In this document: positions 39,638 through 50,837 of the stretch, in pieces
Position numbering within the stretch: the stretch's first letter is position 1
How the letters are laid out: each line of letters opens with the position of its first letter
Assembly: GCA_963758295.1 (NCBI GenBank)
Contig: CAVWUU010000003.1
Span: 128,001-192,000, forward strand
Source: Candidatus Eremiobacteria bacterium
Lineage (GTDB): Bacteria; Vulcanimicrobiota; Vulcanimicrobiia; Vulcanimicrobiales; Vulcanimicrobiaceae
Length of the DNA stretch: 64,000 nt
Direction of reading: 5' to 3'
The notes under the pieces: model-generated
What the model was told of the DNA's origin: nothing
Seen by the model: only the letters and a program-made list of their open reading frames with translations
Databases searched by the model: none
Program-made: the position numbers and the translations under genes

Positions 39638-40600
39638 CTAGTGCGAAGGGCCTTGGAGTTGCGTAAGAAGCGCTTGTGCTTCGGTTGCGCCGTTGTCGTC
39701 ATTATCAATTCGATAATGGCGCAGCGCGCTCGTCGCATCATCAACAGCCTTTTCGTGATTCCCTAACGCCGCTTGAATGCGTGCTCGCGCGATGTATCCG
39801 TCGCCGTCGTCCTCGTTCTTCGCGATGTACGCGTTGATGTCGGCGAGCGCTTCGCCGTTGCGCCCAAGAGCCGCGCGCGTTAGCGAGCGCCAATAGAGGC
39901 TGTCGCCGTCACCGGCGTCCTGCGCCAGAACCGCCGAAAACTGCGCGTCCGCTTTCTGCCACTGCTGTTGCTGAAACGCAGCGCGGCCGCCGAAAAACTG
40001 CGCTTGCTCGTTCTCGGAATCCAACGCGAGCGCCTTATCGCAATCCGCGGCGGCGTTCGTGAATAGTTTCTGAGCGTTGAAGAGGCGGCATCGAACGCTG
40101 TAGTTGTAACTTTCGGTCGGGTCTGCTTGAACCGCCGCGTTCAAATCGGTAAGCGCTTTGTCGAATTGTTTTCTGTCGATGTAAGCATCGCCGCGCCACC
40201 GAAGCGCATAAGCGTAATGCGGCTTGAGGCCAATCGCCTTCGTGCAGTCGGCAACCGCGTCGTCGAAAGCCGAGAGCAAGGTACGCGATTGGCAGCGTGA
40301 GGCATAGGCGTAGGCGTAATCCGGGTTGATGGCAATCGCGCTCGAATAGTCTGTAACCGCTTCGAGATTCTTGTCGAGGCCCTGATACGCATCGCCGCGA
40401 TCCGCGAGCGCTCTCGCGTCTTTCGGGTGACTTGCAAGATAGACGTTTAGGACGTTGAGGGATTCTTGATTCTTGCCGTCTTTATAGAGTTGCTCCGCTT
40501 TTTCCACTTGCGGATCGAGGTCGGCCGCAAATAGGCGTTGCGACACGAGGGACGAAACCGAAAAGAAAAGTGCGGCAACAATAAGGATATTGCGCTTCAT
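39638..40600 (-). CDS. Secreted tetratricopeptide repeat protein
   Basis: Signal peptide MKRNILIV... followed by tandem TPRs (e.g. AVTDYSSAIAINPDYAYAY). Confidence 0.85.
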   Translation of the reverse strand: MKRNILIVAALFFSVSSLVSQRLFAADLDPQVEKAEQLYKDGKNQESLNVLNVYLASHPKDARALADRGDAYQGLDKNLEAVTDYSSAIAINPDYAYAYASRCQSRTLLSAFDDAVADCTKAIGLKPHYAYALRWRGDAYIDRKQFDKALTDLNAAVQADPTESYNYSVRCRLFNAQKLFTNAAADCDKALALDSENEQAQFFGGRAAFQQQQWQKADAQFSAVLAQDAGDGDSLYWRSLTRAALGRNGEALADINAYIAKNEDDGDGYIARARIQAALGNHEKAVDDATSALRHYRIDNDDNGATEAQALLTQLQGPSH

Positions 40601-40890
40601 GGCCGCGGCGCTTTCGTGAGCGCCAAATAGAGCCCTGTCCTGGTGGTACTTAAGAATCACTAATGAAAGGGACTCCGGTCGCGGGTCAGTCCCGCGCAGA
40701 CGCTTGGCGGCTCGTCCCGGAACCGACCGATGGTAACGAGAAAGCGAAAATGGCCATAGCCGCGAATCAGGCATAACGCGATAACTGCTACGTCTGTCGC
40801 AAGGAACATCGGTGCAAACGGCCATTATCGCGTTTCATTGCTGAATAAGCCGCTGCAGGGCTGCCCAAAAGGTCCTATCGTTAGCTGGTT

Positions 40891-42366
40891 ATGCCTCAGA
40901 CTCTAGCCGACATCGTTCTCGTAGGCGGCGGCATTATGTCTGCCACCCTCGCCGCGCTGCTAAAGGAAGTGCAGCCGGATATGACGCTCGAGATTTTCGA
41001 AATGCTCGATGCGCCCGCGCAAGAGAGTTCCAACGCCTGGAACAACGCCGGCACGGGACATGCCGCGCTCTGCGAACTGAACTACACACCGCAGAACCTG
41101 ACGGCAGCGTCGCCATCGACCGCGCGTTGACGGTCAACACGCAATTCGACTTGTCGCGGCAGTTCTGGTCGTCCATGGTGCGCAAGGGCGCGCTGGCGAG
41201 CCGGAGTCGTTTATTCACGACGTTCCGCACATCAGCTTTGTGTGGGGCGACGACAACGTAGCGTTCTTGCGCAAGCGATACGAGGCCATGAGTGCACACC
41301 ACTGCTTCAAGGGCATGGAGTACAGCGAAGATTCCGCGGTGCTTTCGCAGTGGATGCCGCTGGTAATGGAAGGTCGAGACCCTCAGCGAGAAAGTTGCGG
41401 CGACGCGCATGGCGACCGGCACGGACGTCGACTTCGGCTCGGTGACGCGTCAACTCATGGGTTACGTGGGTAATCAACCCGGCGCAAAGATTTCATACGC
41501 GACAACCGTTACGGATTTGAAACGCGCAGATGACGGCCGCTGGCGAGTAACGGTAAAGACACGAAGAGCGGTGCAACACGGAAAGTTTATGGCAAAGACG
41601 GTATTTCTCGGTGCCGGCGGCGGCGCGCTAACGCTGCTTCAAAAATCCGGCGTTCCGGAAGGGAAAGGCATTGGCGGGTTTCCCGTGAGCGGCATTTTCC
41701 TGCGCTGCGCGGATCCCGAAATCGCTTCGCGCCATAATGGCAAAGTTTACGGCAAAGCGTCGGTCGGCGCTCCGCCGATGTCGGTTCCGCATTTGGATTC
41801 GCGCTACATCGACGGTAAGAAGTCGCTGCTGTTCGGGCCATACGCGGGCTTCTCGACGAAGTTCCTTAAGAACGGTTCGCTGGGCGATCTCTTTTCGTCG
41901 ATAAAGGGCGACAACCTCAAGTCCATGCTCGCCGTCGGTCGCGATAACATGGCTCTGACGAAGTACCTCATCGGCGAAGTGCTCAAGTCCAAGGACAGCA
42001 AGTACGAAGCGCTGCGCGAGTACTTCCCGGATGCGGATCCGTCGCAATGGGATTTCATCGTTGCGGGTCAACGCGTTCAAGTCATCATGCCGGACGACAA
42101 AAAAGGCGGCAAGCTGGAGTTCGGCACGAAGGTCGTTCGCCGACGGTTCGCTCGCGGCCGTACTTGGTGCTTCGCCCGGCGCATCGGTCGCCGTTTCCGT
42201 CGTCCTCGACGTGCTTGGCAAATTGTACGGGAACGAAATGCCGGGCTGGGAAAGCAAGCTACGCGAAGTGATTCCGTCGTACGGGAAGTCGATTGCGAAT
42301 GATGCAGAACTTTGCCGCACCGTACGAGCCGATACGTCGGCGACGCTTCACCTCACGAACGTGTAA
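40891..42366 (+). CDS. mqo: Malate:quinone oxidoreductase (several frameshifts)
   Basis: [41 protein letters not shown] and LGASPGAS across frames. Confidence 0.9.
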
Positions 42367-42387
42367 CCCCAGCGGGAAATAAAGAAG

Positions 42388-42424
42388 AAGCGCCGGCAGC
42401 GATTTGCTGCCGGCGCTTTCGTTT
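42388..42424. terminator. Intrinsic terminator, probably bidirectional
   Basis: AAGCGCCGGCAGC-gattt-GCTGCCGGCGCTT, with an A-rich run upstream and a T-rich run downstream. Confidence 0.75.
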
Positions 42425-42669
42425 AGACCCTCACGAGAGGCTAGTCGCAGCAGCCGCCGCCGTTCATGTAGGAGTGGACGCTATAAAACGTCGGGTTCCC
42501 GGACGTCGCACTGCCTGCCGGAAGCGCGACCGTCACCGTTTCAGACGGCCGAGAAGGTTACGGTTTGCGCGCACAGTTGATGAAGCGATGTCACCCGCGG
42601 CGAAGTTGCCGGCATTGATTCGGTCCAACCGGAATGAGGTTATTGAGTTCAGCAACTTGCTTGAATGAG

Positions 42670-42703
42670 AAAAAAGAGACCGCGAACGGATCGCGATCTC
42701 TTT
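42670..42703 (-). terminator. Terminator of the tRNA pair
   Basis: Minus strand GAGATCGCGA-tccgt-TCGCGGTCTC followed by TTTTTT. Confidence 0.75.
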
Positions 42704-42710
42704 CTACGCT

Positions 42711-42783
42711 TAGCCCCAGCGGGATTCGAACCCGCGTTACTGCCGTGAGAGGGCAGCGTCCTAGGCCTCTAGACGATAGGGCC
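42711..42783 (-). tRNA. tRNA-Glu(CTC)
   Basis: Cloverleaf GGCCCTA...CTGCC-CTCTCAC-GGCAG...GCGGGTTCGAATCCCGC-TGGGGCT-A. CCA is not encoded. Confidence 0.95.
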
Positions 42784-42784
42784 A

Positions 42785-42858
42785 TGGCTCCCGGTCATGG
42801 ACTCGAACCACGATAAGCAGAGTCAGAGTCTGCTGTCCTACCATTAGACGAACCGGGA
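42785..42858 (-). tRNA. tRNA-Gln(CTG)
   Basis: Cloverleaf TCCCGGT...GCAGA-CTCTGAC-TCTGC...CGTGGTTCGAGTCCATG-ACCGGGA-G-CCA. Separated from tRNA-Glu by 1 nt. Confidence 0.95.
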
Positions 42859-42873
42859 ATGGCGACGGTGGCT

Positions 42874-42903
42874 ATACTACACGACAGGCGGCTATTCTTG
42901 CAA
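42874..42903 (-). promoter_or_regulatory. Sigma70-type promoter of the tRNA pair
   Basis: TTGCAA-N18-TAGTAT just upstream of tRNA-Gln. Confidence 0.55.
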
Positions 42904-43300
42904 TCTTTTATTCCGCACGTTTCGACCGCCGAAGGTCTGCGTCTCGCGATGGCAATTAGGGCATAGCATCCGCAGATTCTCTAAGCGGAAGTCGTCCCGA
43001 ACTCCGCTTATGAAGAACGGCGACGCTTGATGTTTATCCGCCACCGCAAGAGGTGAGGAAATGCTCGACGGCATCCCTCGCTCGCGTGTGACAAGCCGCC
43101 CTCGAGCCTTTGCTTGCTTCACGCTTGAGCGTGGAAGCCAAATTTGAGCCGCGGCACTCCCCCAAAGGAATGGCGGTCGTCGTAGCGTCCCCGGATTTCC
43201 CAACCAATCGTATCGCTTCCGGCCCACGAGCTTATTGGAGCCGAACATCCGTTCGTAGTCGTTGCGGGGACGTTACCTCCGAAAAATCGAGCGAGCGTTA
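42892..43300 (-). pseudogene. Degenerate HNH endonuclease
   Basis: C-terminal GVRDDFRLENLRMLCPNCHRETQTFGGRN. The preceding catalytic His and first CxxC are not recognisable. Upstream boundary approximate. Confidence 0.6.
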
Positions 43301-43389
43301 GGCGGTTTGGCCGGGAGCAGTAGAGGAAACGAAACAGGCGTCGAAAGACGACTCGTCTTTCTCGTTTATCTATTGAAGGAGCGCATTCG

Positions 43390-44469
43390 TTGCAAGCCAT
43401 CGTTCTGGTCGGCGGTGAAGGTACTCGTCTTCGTCCCCTTACGTTTGGGACGCCGAAGCCGATGGTGCCCATCATGGGCGTGCCGTTCTTGGCTCGCACG
43501 ATGGAGCGCTTGCACGACGCGGGGATCCGCGATGTCGTGCTGCCGGCAGGCTATCTGCCGCAAGCCATCATTGACTACTTCGGCGACGGCTCGCAGTTCG
43601 GCATGAAGATCACCTACGTGATCGAGGAAACGCCGCTGGGCACCGCGGGGGCGTTAAAAAACGTCGAGCAATACATCACCGGCCCGTTCTTCGTCCTCAA
43701 CGGCGACGTCCTGACGAGTCTGGATTTGCGAGCAATGATGGACGCGCATGCGGGAAAGGGCGGCATCGGCATGTTGCACCTGATCCGCGTGGAGGATCCG
43801 TCGGCGTTCGGCTGCGTCGTCCATGACCAGAACGGTCGCATCTCGTCATTCGTGGAGAAGCCCGCTAAGGGAACCGAGCCGACGAACGAAGTGAACGCGG
43901 GCACCTATCTCTTCGAACGCGAAGTCCTCGAGATGATTCCGGCCGGCCGCAACGTCTCGATCGAGCGCGAAACCTTCCCGGAAATCATCGCGGCGGGCAA
44001 AGGCCTGTTTGCGTACACGACCGACGATTATTGGATCGATCTCGGTCGTCCGGAGCAGTACCTCAGCGCTCACGAGGACGTGATGTCGGGCCGCATGCCG
44101 CTCAAAATCGAACCCGGAATAAGCGGCGAGGGCGCAGCGGCCGTTCGAGCGGCCAGCGTAACGGAACCCGTGCACGCCGACGCTGGAGTGCAAATCGACC
44201 CGAGCGCGATGCTGGGCCCGAACGTCGTCCTCGGGGCGGGCTGCAGGATCGGGCCGCGCGCCGTAGTTCGCAACTCCGTCTTATGGGACGGCGTGAAAAT
44301 TGAAGCAGGCGCCATCGTCGAAGGCACCATCATCGCGAGCAATACGACCGTTGGGCCCGAGGCCCGGGTTTTCGAAGGCTCGGTAATTGGGCACGACGTC
44401 GTGGTTGCGGCCGGTACGGTCCTGGAGGCCGGAAGCCGCGTTGGCGCGAGCGCTCCCATAACCGGCTAG
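43390..44469 (+). CDS. NDP-sugar pyrophosphorylase (mannose-1-phosphate guanylyltransferase-like)
   Basis: LVGGEGTRLRPLT...PKPMVP, PLGTAG, WIDLG and a hexapeptide-repeat tail. Confidence 0.9.
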   Translation: MQAIVLVGGEGTRLRPLTFGTPKPMVPIMGVPFLARTMERLHDAGIRDVVLPAGYLPQAIIDYFGDGSQFGMKITYVIEETPLGTAGALKNVEQYITGPFFVLNGDVLTSLDLRAMMDAHAGKGGIGMLHLIRVEDPSAFGCVVHDQNGRISSFVEKPAKGTEPTNEVNAGTYLFEREVLEMIPAGRNVSIERETFPEIIAAGKGLFAYTTDDYWIDLGRPEQYLSAHEDVMSGRMPLKIEPGISGEGAAAVRAASVTEPVHADAGVQIDPSAMLGPNVVLGAGCRIGPRAVVRNSVLWDGVKIEAGAIVEGTIIASNTTVGPEARVFEGSVIGHDVVVAAGTVLEAGSRVGASAPITG

Positions 44470-44507
44470 AAACCAGGCGGCCCCTTTATGGGTCCTTAAG
44501 GCTAGAC

Positions 44508-44533
44508 GTTTACCGTTAAGGGAGCGCGGGGTA
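44508..44533 (+). promoter_or_regulatory. SigB/SigF-like promoter
   Basis: GTTT-N17-GGGTA upstream of the GT4 gene. Confidence 0.55.
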
Positions 44534-44620
44534 AATCTACCCTGTTGGTACAGGGAGGAGCTTCCTAGATACAGTGAGCTCCTGCTGGTACCGTTTACCC
44601 TTGACAGCTGGAAGTGAGAA

Positions 44621-45839
44621 ATGACCGCAACGATGCCAAGAACCGTCGACACCCTCGCCATGGCGACGGTGCCTCGAGTGCTCTTGCTATCTTCATATCC
44701 TCCGCGGGAGTGCGGGATCGCGACGTTTACGCAAGACGTCGTCACGTCGTTCGATCGCGCCTTCGGAACGAAGAGCGAAGTGATTGCGATCGACGAACCT
44801 GGCGGCGACGCGCGCCGGTATGGCCCAAAACGTCGTCGCGCGCCTCACCGAACAAGACCGCTACAGCTACAAAGAAATGGCGAAATTCATCAACAGCCAT
44901 CCGGCCGAACTGTTGAATATTCAGCACGAATACGGGCTCTTCGGCGGCGAGCGCGGCGAATGGCTGCTCGACCTGCATGGACGAGGTCAAGAAGCCGATC
45001 GTCATTACGCTGCATACCGTTTTGCCGCGAACCAGATGAAACGATGTTGCGCGTAACGCGCGCGCTGTGCCGTCGCGCGACGGCGGTGGTGTCGCTTTCC
45101 GGAACGGGCCGCGATCTGCTCGAAAACGTGTACGGAATCGATCCGGGCCGTCTTCGCTTGATCCATCACGGCGTGCCCGACGTGCCGTTCCAAAGCACGG
45201 AGCGGCGAAAGCGTCGTTCGGCATCGGCCAGCGCATGGTCATTTCGACATTCGGTCTCATCAATCGCGGCAAAGGCCTCGAGTTCGCAATCGAAGCGATG
45301 CAGTCGGTCGTTCGCCGCCATCCCGAAGCGCTGTACCTCATTCTCGGCGAGACGCATCCGGTCGTGCGCCGTCAAGAAGGCGAGTCGTATCGCGAATCTC
45401 TGCAGCAGATGGTGCGCGAGCTCGGACTGCAAAATAACGTGCAGCTGATCGACAAATATCTCGATTTCGACGAACTCGTGACATATCTTGCTCGCGACCG
45501 ACATTTATCTCACGCCGTACCTAAATCCGGTGCAGATCGTCAGCGGAACGCTTGCCTACGCGGTAGGCTGCGGCAAGGCCATCGTTTCGACGCCGTATCT
45601 TTATGCGGAAGAACTGCTCGCGCATAACCGCGGGCTTTTTGTGCAACTTCCGCGACGCGAAATCCATCGCGGAACAGCTCACCATGCTGCTCGACGATCC
45701 GTCGCTGCGCCGCGCGACCGAACGCCGCGCGTACCGTTTCGGACGTCAGATGACGTGGCCGCACGTCTCGGAAGAGTACGGACGCCTATTCCTCGAGCTG
45801 TGCCCGCCGGCCGAGCTGAAGCTCGTTACGTCGGCATAA
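44621..45839 (+). CDS. Glycosyltransferase family 4 (several frameshifts)
   Basis: [39 protein letters not shown] and [19 protein letters not shown] across frames. Confidence 0.85.
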
Positions 45840-45848
45840 AGGAAACGA

Positions 45849-46910
45849 ATGGCACAGAAGACGCCCGCGCTCGATCATGTGCTTGCGCTGACCGACGATA
45901 TGCGGCATCATTCAGCACGCCTTCGAGTCGATCCCGAACCGCTCGACGGGCTATTGCACCGACGACGTCGCGCGCGCATTCATTGTTGCGTTAATGCGGC
46001 GCCGCTTGAACCCGCGCGATCAGGACGCATCAAGCGACTCGCGTCCGATCTATTTATCGTTCTTGCACGACGCGCAAATTGGCGACGGACGTTTCCACAA
46101 CTTCATGAGCTACGATCGTAGGTGGCTCGATGACGGTCGGCACGCACGACAGCTGCGGCCGCGCGATTTGGGCGCTCGGTTACGGCGTGCGCTACTCGCC
46201 GACCGAGGCGTGGCGCCGGGTCTGCGCGCAGTTGCTCGACCGCGCGATTGCAGGCGATCGACTGGCTCGATTTCCCGCGTGCCGAAGCCTACGCGATGAT
46301 CGGTTTGGCGCATGCGGCTGTAGCGGAAGCGTCGCCGGGCTATCGCAGCGCGCTCCGCGAGCTGGCGGAACGCTCGCTGCGACGCGTTACGAAGCAGGGA
46401 CGCGCGGACGACTGGATCTGGTTCGAAGACGTGATGACGTACGATAACGCCCGTTTTCCGGAAGCGCTGATTCGCGCCGGCCTCGTGCTGGACGATGCGA
46501 CATTCGTCGACGTCGGGCTGCGAAACGCTGGACTTTTACGAACGCGTCGTATTCGAAGACGGCATCTTCGTTCCGATCGGCAACGACGGCTGGTACCGTC
46601 GCGGCGGCGAGCGCTCTCGCTTCGCTCAACAGCCGCTGGAAGCGGTCTCCATGGTCGATGCGGAGCTCGCAGCGTTCGCTGTCGACCGGCGATCCGGCGC
46701 GTCTTGGATCGCCGCGGAATTGGCCCTCGAATGGTACTACGGAAAGAACAGCTCGCGGCGTCGATGATGGCGAGGGCGGCGGCTGCTACGATGGTCTGGA
46801 AGCCAACGCGCGTGAACCGCAACATGGGCGCGGAATCGACGCTTGCGCATCTCGCCGCGGCATACGCGCTCGCCGAGCATCGCGCAATGGTACTGCGCAT
46901 CGCGCGCTAA
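45849..46910 (+). CDS. Glycosyltransferase-associated protein, probably (alpha/alpha)6 barrel (several frameshifts)
   Basis: [53 protein letters not shown] and [11 protein letters not shown] across frames. Confidence 0.75.
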
Positions 46911-46963
46911 CGCTCCCGACTCCGTCCGAGGCAAAATCACCTGCCGCGGCGAAGAATTGCGGG

Positions 46964-49137
46964 ATGATGATCCTGGAGTCCGAGAAACTCAACGACGTAC
47001 AAGCCGCGGCCGTCGAGCAAACCGACGGTCCTGTTTTGATATTTGCCGGTGCCGGCAGCGGAAAGACGCGCGTGCTCACGCACCGCATCGCCTATCTGCT
47101 TGGCGAACTAGGCGTGGCTCCCGGATCGTATTCTCGCGGTAACGTTCACGAACAAAGCCGCCGGCGAAATGAAGTCGCGTCTCGAACGGATGGTCGGCTA
47201 GGTCGCGCGCGACATCTGGGTGGGAACGTTCCACTCGATGTGCGTGCGCATTCTGCGCCGCGACGGCACGAAGCATCGGCATTGCGCCGAGCTTCGCCAT
47301 TATCGATGACGCGGATCAGCGGCAGCTGATCAAAGAGATTCTCGACGACCTGGACTACGACGAACGCCAGCTCGCGCCGGGTGCGTGCCTGCACGAAATC
47401 AGCAAAGCGAAGAACGCGCTGATTTGGCCCGAGCAGTATGTCGAGAAGCAAACGTCGTTCCTGGGCGAGCGCATCGCGAACGTCTACACCGAATATCAGC
47501 GCCGCCTTCACGAGTCCAACAGTCTCGACTTCGACGATCTGATCGTTCGCACGATCGATCTGCTAGAAAAAGACAAGTCGACGCGCGAGAAGTATCAGAA
47601 GCAAGTTCGAGTACGTTCTCGTCGACGAATATCAGGACGTCAATATCGCGCAGTATCGCCTCATTTCGCATGTTGGCTGCGCAAGCATAAGAACATTACG
47701 GTCGTCGGCGACGACGATCAGTCGATCTATTCATGGCGCGGCAGCGATTATCAAGATGATCCTGCGCTTCGAAGAAGATTTTCCGGGCGCGAAGGTTTTT
47801 AAGCTCGAAGAAAATTATCGCTCCACGCAGCGCATTCTCGATGCGGCAAACGCGCTCGTCGAGAACAACAAGACGCGCGCGCCGAAGAAGCTCTTCACGC
47901 GCCGCGCCGAGGGCGAAGGCATCACGGTCTATCCGGCGGCGACGGAGCGCGACGAAGCGCGCTATGTCGTCGAAAAGATCAAGGAGATGGTTCGCGATGG
48001 CGCAGCCTATCGCGATTTCCTCATCCTGTATCGCACGAACGCCCAATCGCGCGTCTTTGAAGAAGCGCTGATCGCCGACGGCATTCCGTACCGCGTCGTC
48101 GGCGGCGTCGGATTCTACGCGCGTGCCGAAATCAAAGACGTCATCGCCTATCTCCGCTACATCGTCAATCCGTCCGACGCGCTTGCGTTCAAGCGCATCG
48201 TGAACGTGCCGCGCCGCGGCATCGGCCAGCAGACGCTTGCGGCATTAGTGCAAGCGGCGAACTCGCGAACGATTTCGGTTGGCGAAGCGATCTTCGATAG
48301 CGACCTCCTTCGCGATGCGGTGCCGAAGAAGCTCAAAGAACTCGAGCGCTTCGCGGAGCTTGATCCGCAACTTCCGCGAAAAGCCCGACGACATGGGCGT
48401 CGCCGATCTCCTCGTCGCCATCATGGAAGAGTCCGGCTACGTTCGCGAACTGCAAGCCGAAGAAACGCACGACGCCCGCGCACGCATTGAGAATTTGCAA
48501 GAACTGATCGGCGTCGCTCGCGAGTACGAAGCGAACGATCCCGAACCGTCGGTTACGGGCTTCCTGGCGAATATCGCGCTCATTAGCGACCTCGATGCGC
48601 TCGACGAAGAGTCCAGCTACGTGACGCTGATGACGATGCACGGCGCCAAGGGCTTCGAATTCGGCCACGTCTTCCTCACCGGACTCGAAGAAGGCGTCTT
48701 CCCGCATAGCCGTGCGCTTACCGACATGACGGAACTCGAAGAAGAGCGCCGTCTGGCCTACGTCGGGCGTTACGCGTGCGATGGACCGGCTGTTTCTGTC
48801 GTACGCGTCTCGCCGCGCGCTCTACGGCAATACGTACGCGTATCCGAAGTCGCGCTTTATCGAAGAGATGCCGGGACTCGAAATCCTCGAGAGCGACAGC
48901 GTTGCGCTGCCGCGTCCGGCCGGCGGCCGCTGGCGCGAAGTGGCAATTCACGAAAGCGCCGGCGCGGGCATGCAGATGGATCTGCAAGACGGCGATCGGG
49001 TGCGTCATCCCAAATGGGGCGAAGGCACGATTCGCGACGTCGTGGGCGCGGGCGGCGACGGCCTGGTAACGATCGACTTCCCCAACGTCGGTCAAAAAAT
49101 GCTCATGCTGAAGTACGCTCCGCTCGAAAAAATCTGA
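46964..49137 (+). CDS. pcrA: ATP-dependent DNA helicase PcrA/UvrD (frameshifts plus in-frame TAG at 47199-47201)
   Basis: [47 protein letters not shown] and a C-terminal [12 protein letters not shown]udor-like domain. Confidence 0.9.
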
Positions 49138-49141
49138 AGCC

Positions 49142-49841
49142 GTGATTCGCGTTGCCGTGGCCGGTGCGCTGGGCCGAATGGGGCGCATCGCCCGTGCAGC
49201 GTTGCGCGATCTCCCCGACATTTCATATGCCGGGGGCTTTGCGCGCACTTCAGCGCCCGAAGATCAGATCTTCGACGATTTCGAACGGGTCTTAGAACTC
49301 AAGCCCGACGTGCTGCTCGATCTTACGACGCAGCCGGTCAGCTCGGATATTTCTACGCGCGCCGTCGTTCATGGCGTGCGTCCGGTAGTCGGCGCGACCG
49401 GATGGTCTGCCCAAGAGCGCGACGCGCTTTCGACGCTGGCCGCAGAGCGCGGAATCGGCGCAATGATCGTTCCGAACTTTTCGATCGGCGCAATGTTAAT
49501 GATGCGCTTTGCGCAGCAAGCTGCGCGATTCTTTCCCACCGTAGAAATCGTCGAACTGCATCACGATAAAAAACTCGACAAGCCCTCCGGCACGGCGAAA
49601 TTGACGGCCGAGCAAATCGCCGCCGCCGGACCCGTAAAGGACGTGCCCGATTCACAGCGTCCGGTTACGTGGGCTGCTCGCGCATCAAGAGGTGTTTTTC
49701 GGTGCCGACGGCGAGGTGTTGACGATCCGTCACGATACATTGAGTCGCGAATGCTACGTACCCGGCATACTTGCGGCGATCCGCGCCGTAATGCAAACGC
49801 AGGGCCTCGTCGTCGGATTGGATTCGATCTTAGGTGATTGA
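49142..49841 (+). CDS. dapB: 4-hydroxy-tetrahydrodipicolinate reductase (frameshift near 49650)
   Basis: GALGRMG, PNFSIG and [18 protein letters not shown]. Ends GLDSILGD*. Confidence 0.9.
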
Positions 49842-50837
49842 CGTAGCAGTAGTCGGCGCCACGGGGGTCGTCGGCGAAACGATTCTAGCGCGTGCTTGAA
49901 GAGCGGCACGTTCCCATTGCGCACGTGGGCCCGTTTGCGTCTCGTGCACGGCCGACGCGCCGTACGCTTTCGCGGTGAAGCTTTGGATGTAGAAGCTGCC
50001 AGTGCCGACCGGCTGCGCGCCTTCGACGTGGTCTTCTTCGCGAGCGGTGAAGACGCAAGCGAAGTATTCGCGCCGGCACTCGTGCAAAACGGCACGTTCG
50101 TTATCGACAATAGCTCGACGTTTCGCATGCGAGAAGACGTTCCGCTTGTGATTCCCGAGGTGAACGCCGAAGCGGTGCGCCCCGGCCACCGGCTATTCCC
50201 GGTTGCGAATTGCACGGCGATCATCTTATGCACCGCCATGGCGCCCATCGCGCGCGCTGCGGGATTACGGAACATTCGCGTTGCGACGTATCAAGCCGCA
50301 AGCGGTGCCGGCCGGGCCGGGCTCGAGGAGCTCCTGGCCGGTGAACGCGCCGTTGCGACCGGCACCGAAGAGCCGCAACCGCAGGTTTTTCCGCGCGCCC
50401 TCGCGCGAAACGTTGTCCCGCAAGTTGGAAGCTTCGACGAGTCCGGATACACCGGCGAAGAGCGCAAAGTGCGTGAGGAGACGCGCAAGATGCTCGACCT
50501 CCCCGGGCTTCGCGTCAGCGCCACGACCGTCCGTGTTCCCGTCCGTACCGCGCATTCCGAAGTGGTGTGGTTCGAAACGGAGCGCGACACGAACGTCGAG
50601 GATTTAGCCGATGCATTGCAAAGCGCCTCCGGAGTTGTTTTTCATCGGGAAGGTATCGTTACGCCGCGGGACGTCGAAGGTACGGACGAAGTGCACGTCG
50701 CCCGTCTGCGCGCGGAAGAAGACGGATCGAAGCGTCATTTCGTGCTGTGGTGTTCGGGCGACCAGCTGCGCAAAGGCGCAGCCACGAACGCGGTACAGAT
50801 TCTTGAATTACTGCTCGCCCGCGGATTTTTGAAATGA
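49834..50837 (+). CDS. asd: Aspartate-semialdehyde dehydrogenase (frameshifts near the 5' end)
   Basis: [33 protein letters not shown] and [14 protein letters not shown]. Confidence 0.92.

Noticed and set aside
42400..43390. Integrative element or prophage at the tRNA genes
   Set aside because: No integrase and no duplicated tRNA 3' end was seen in the window.
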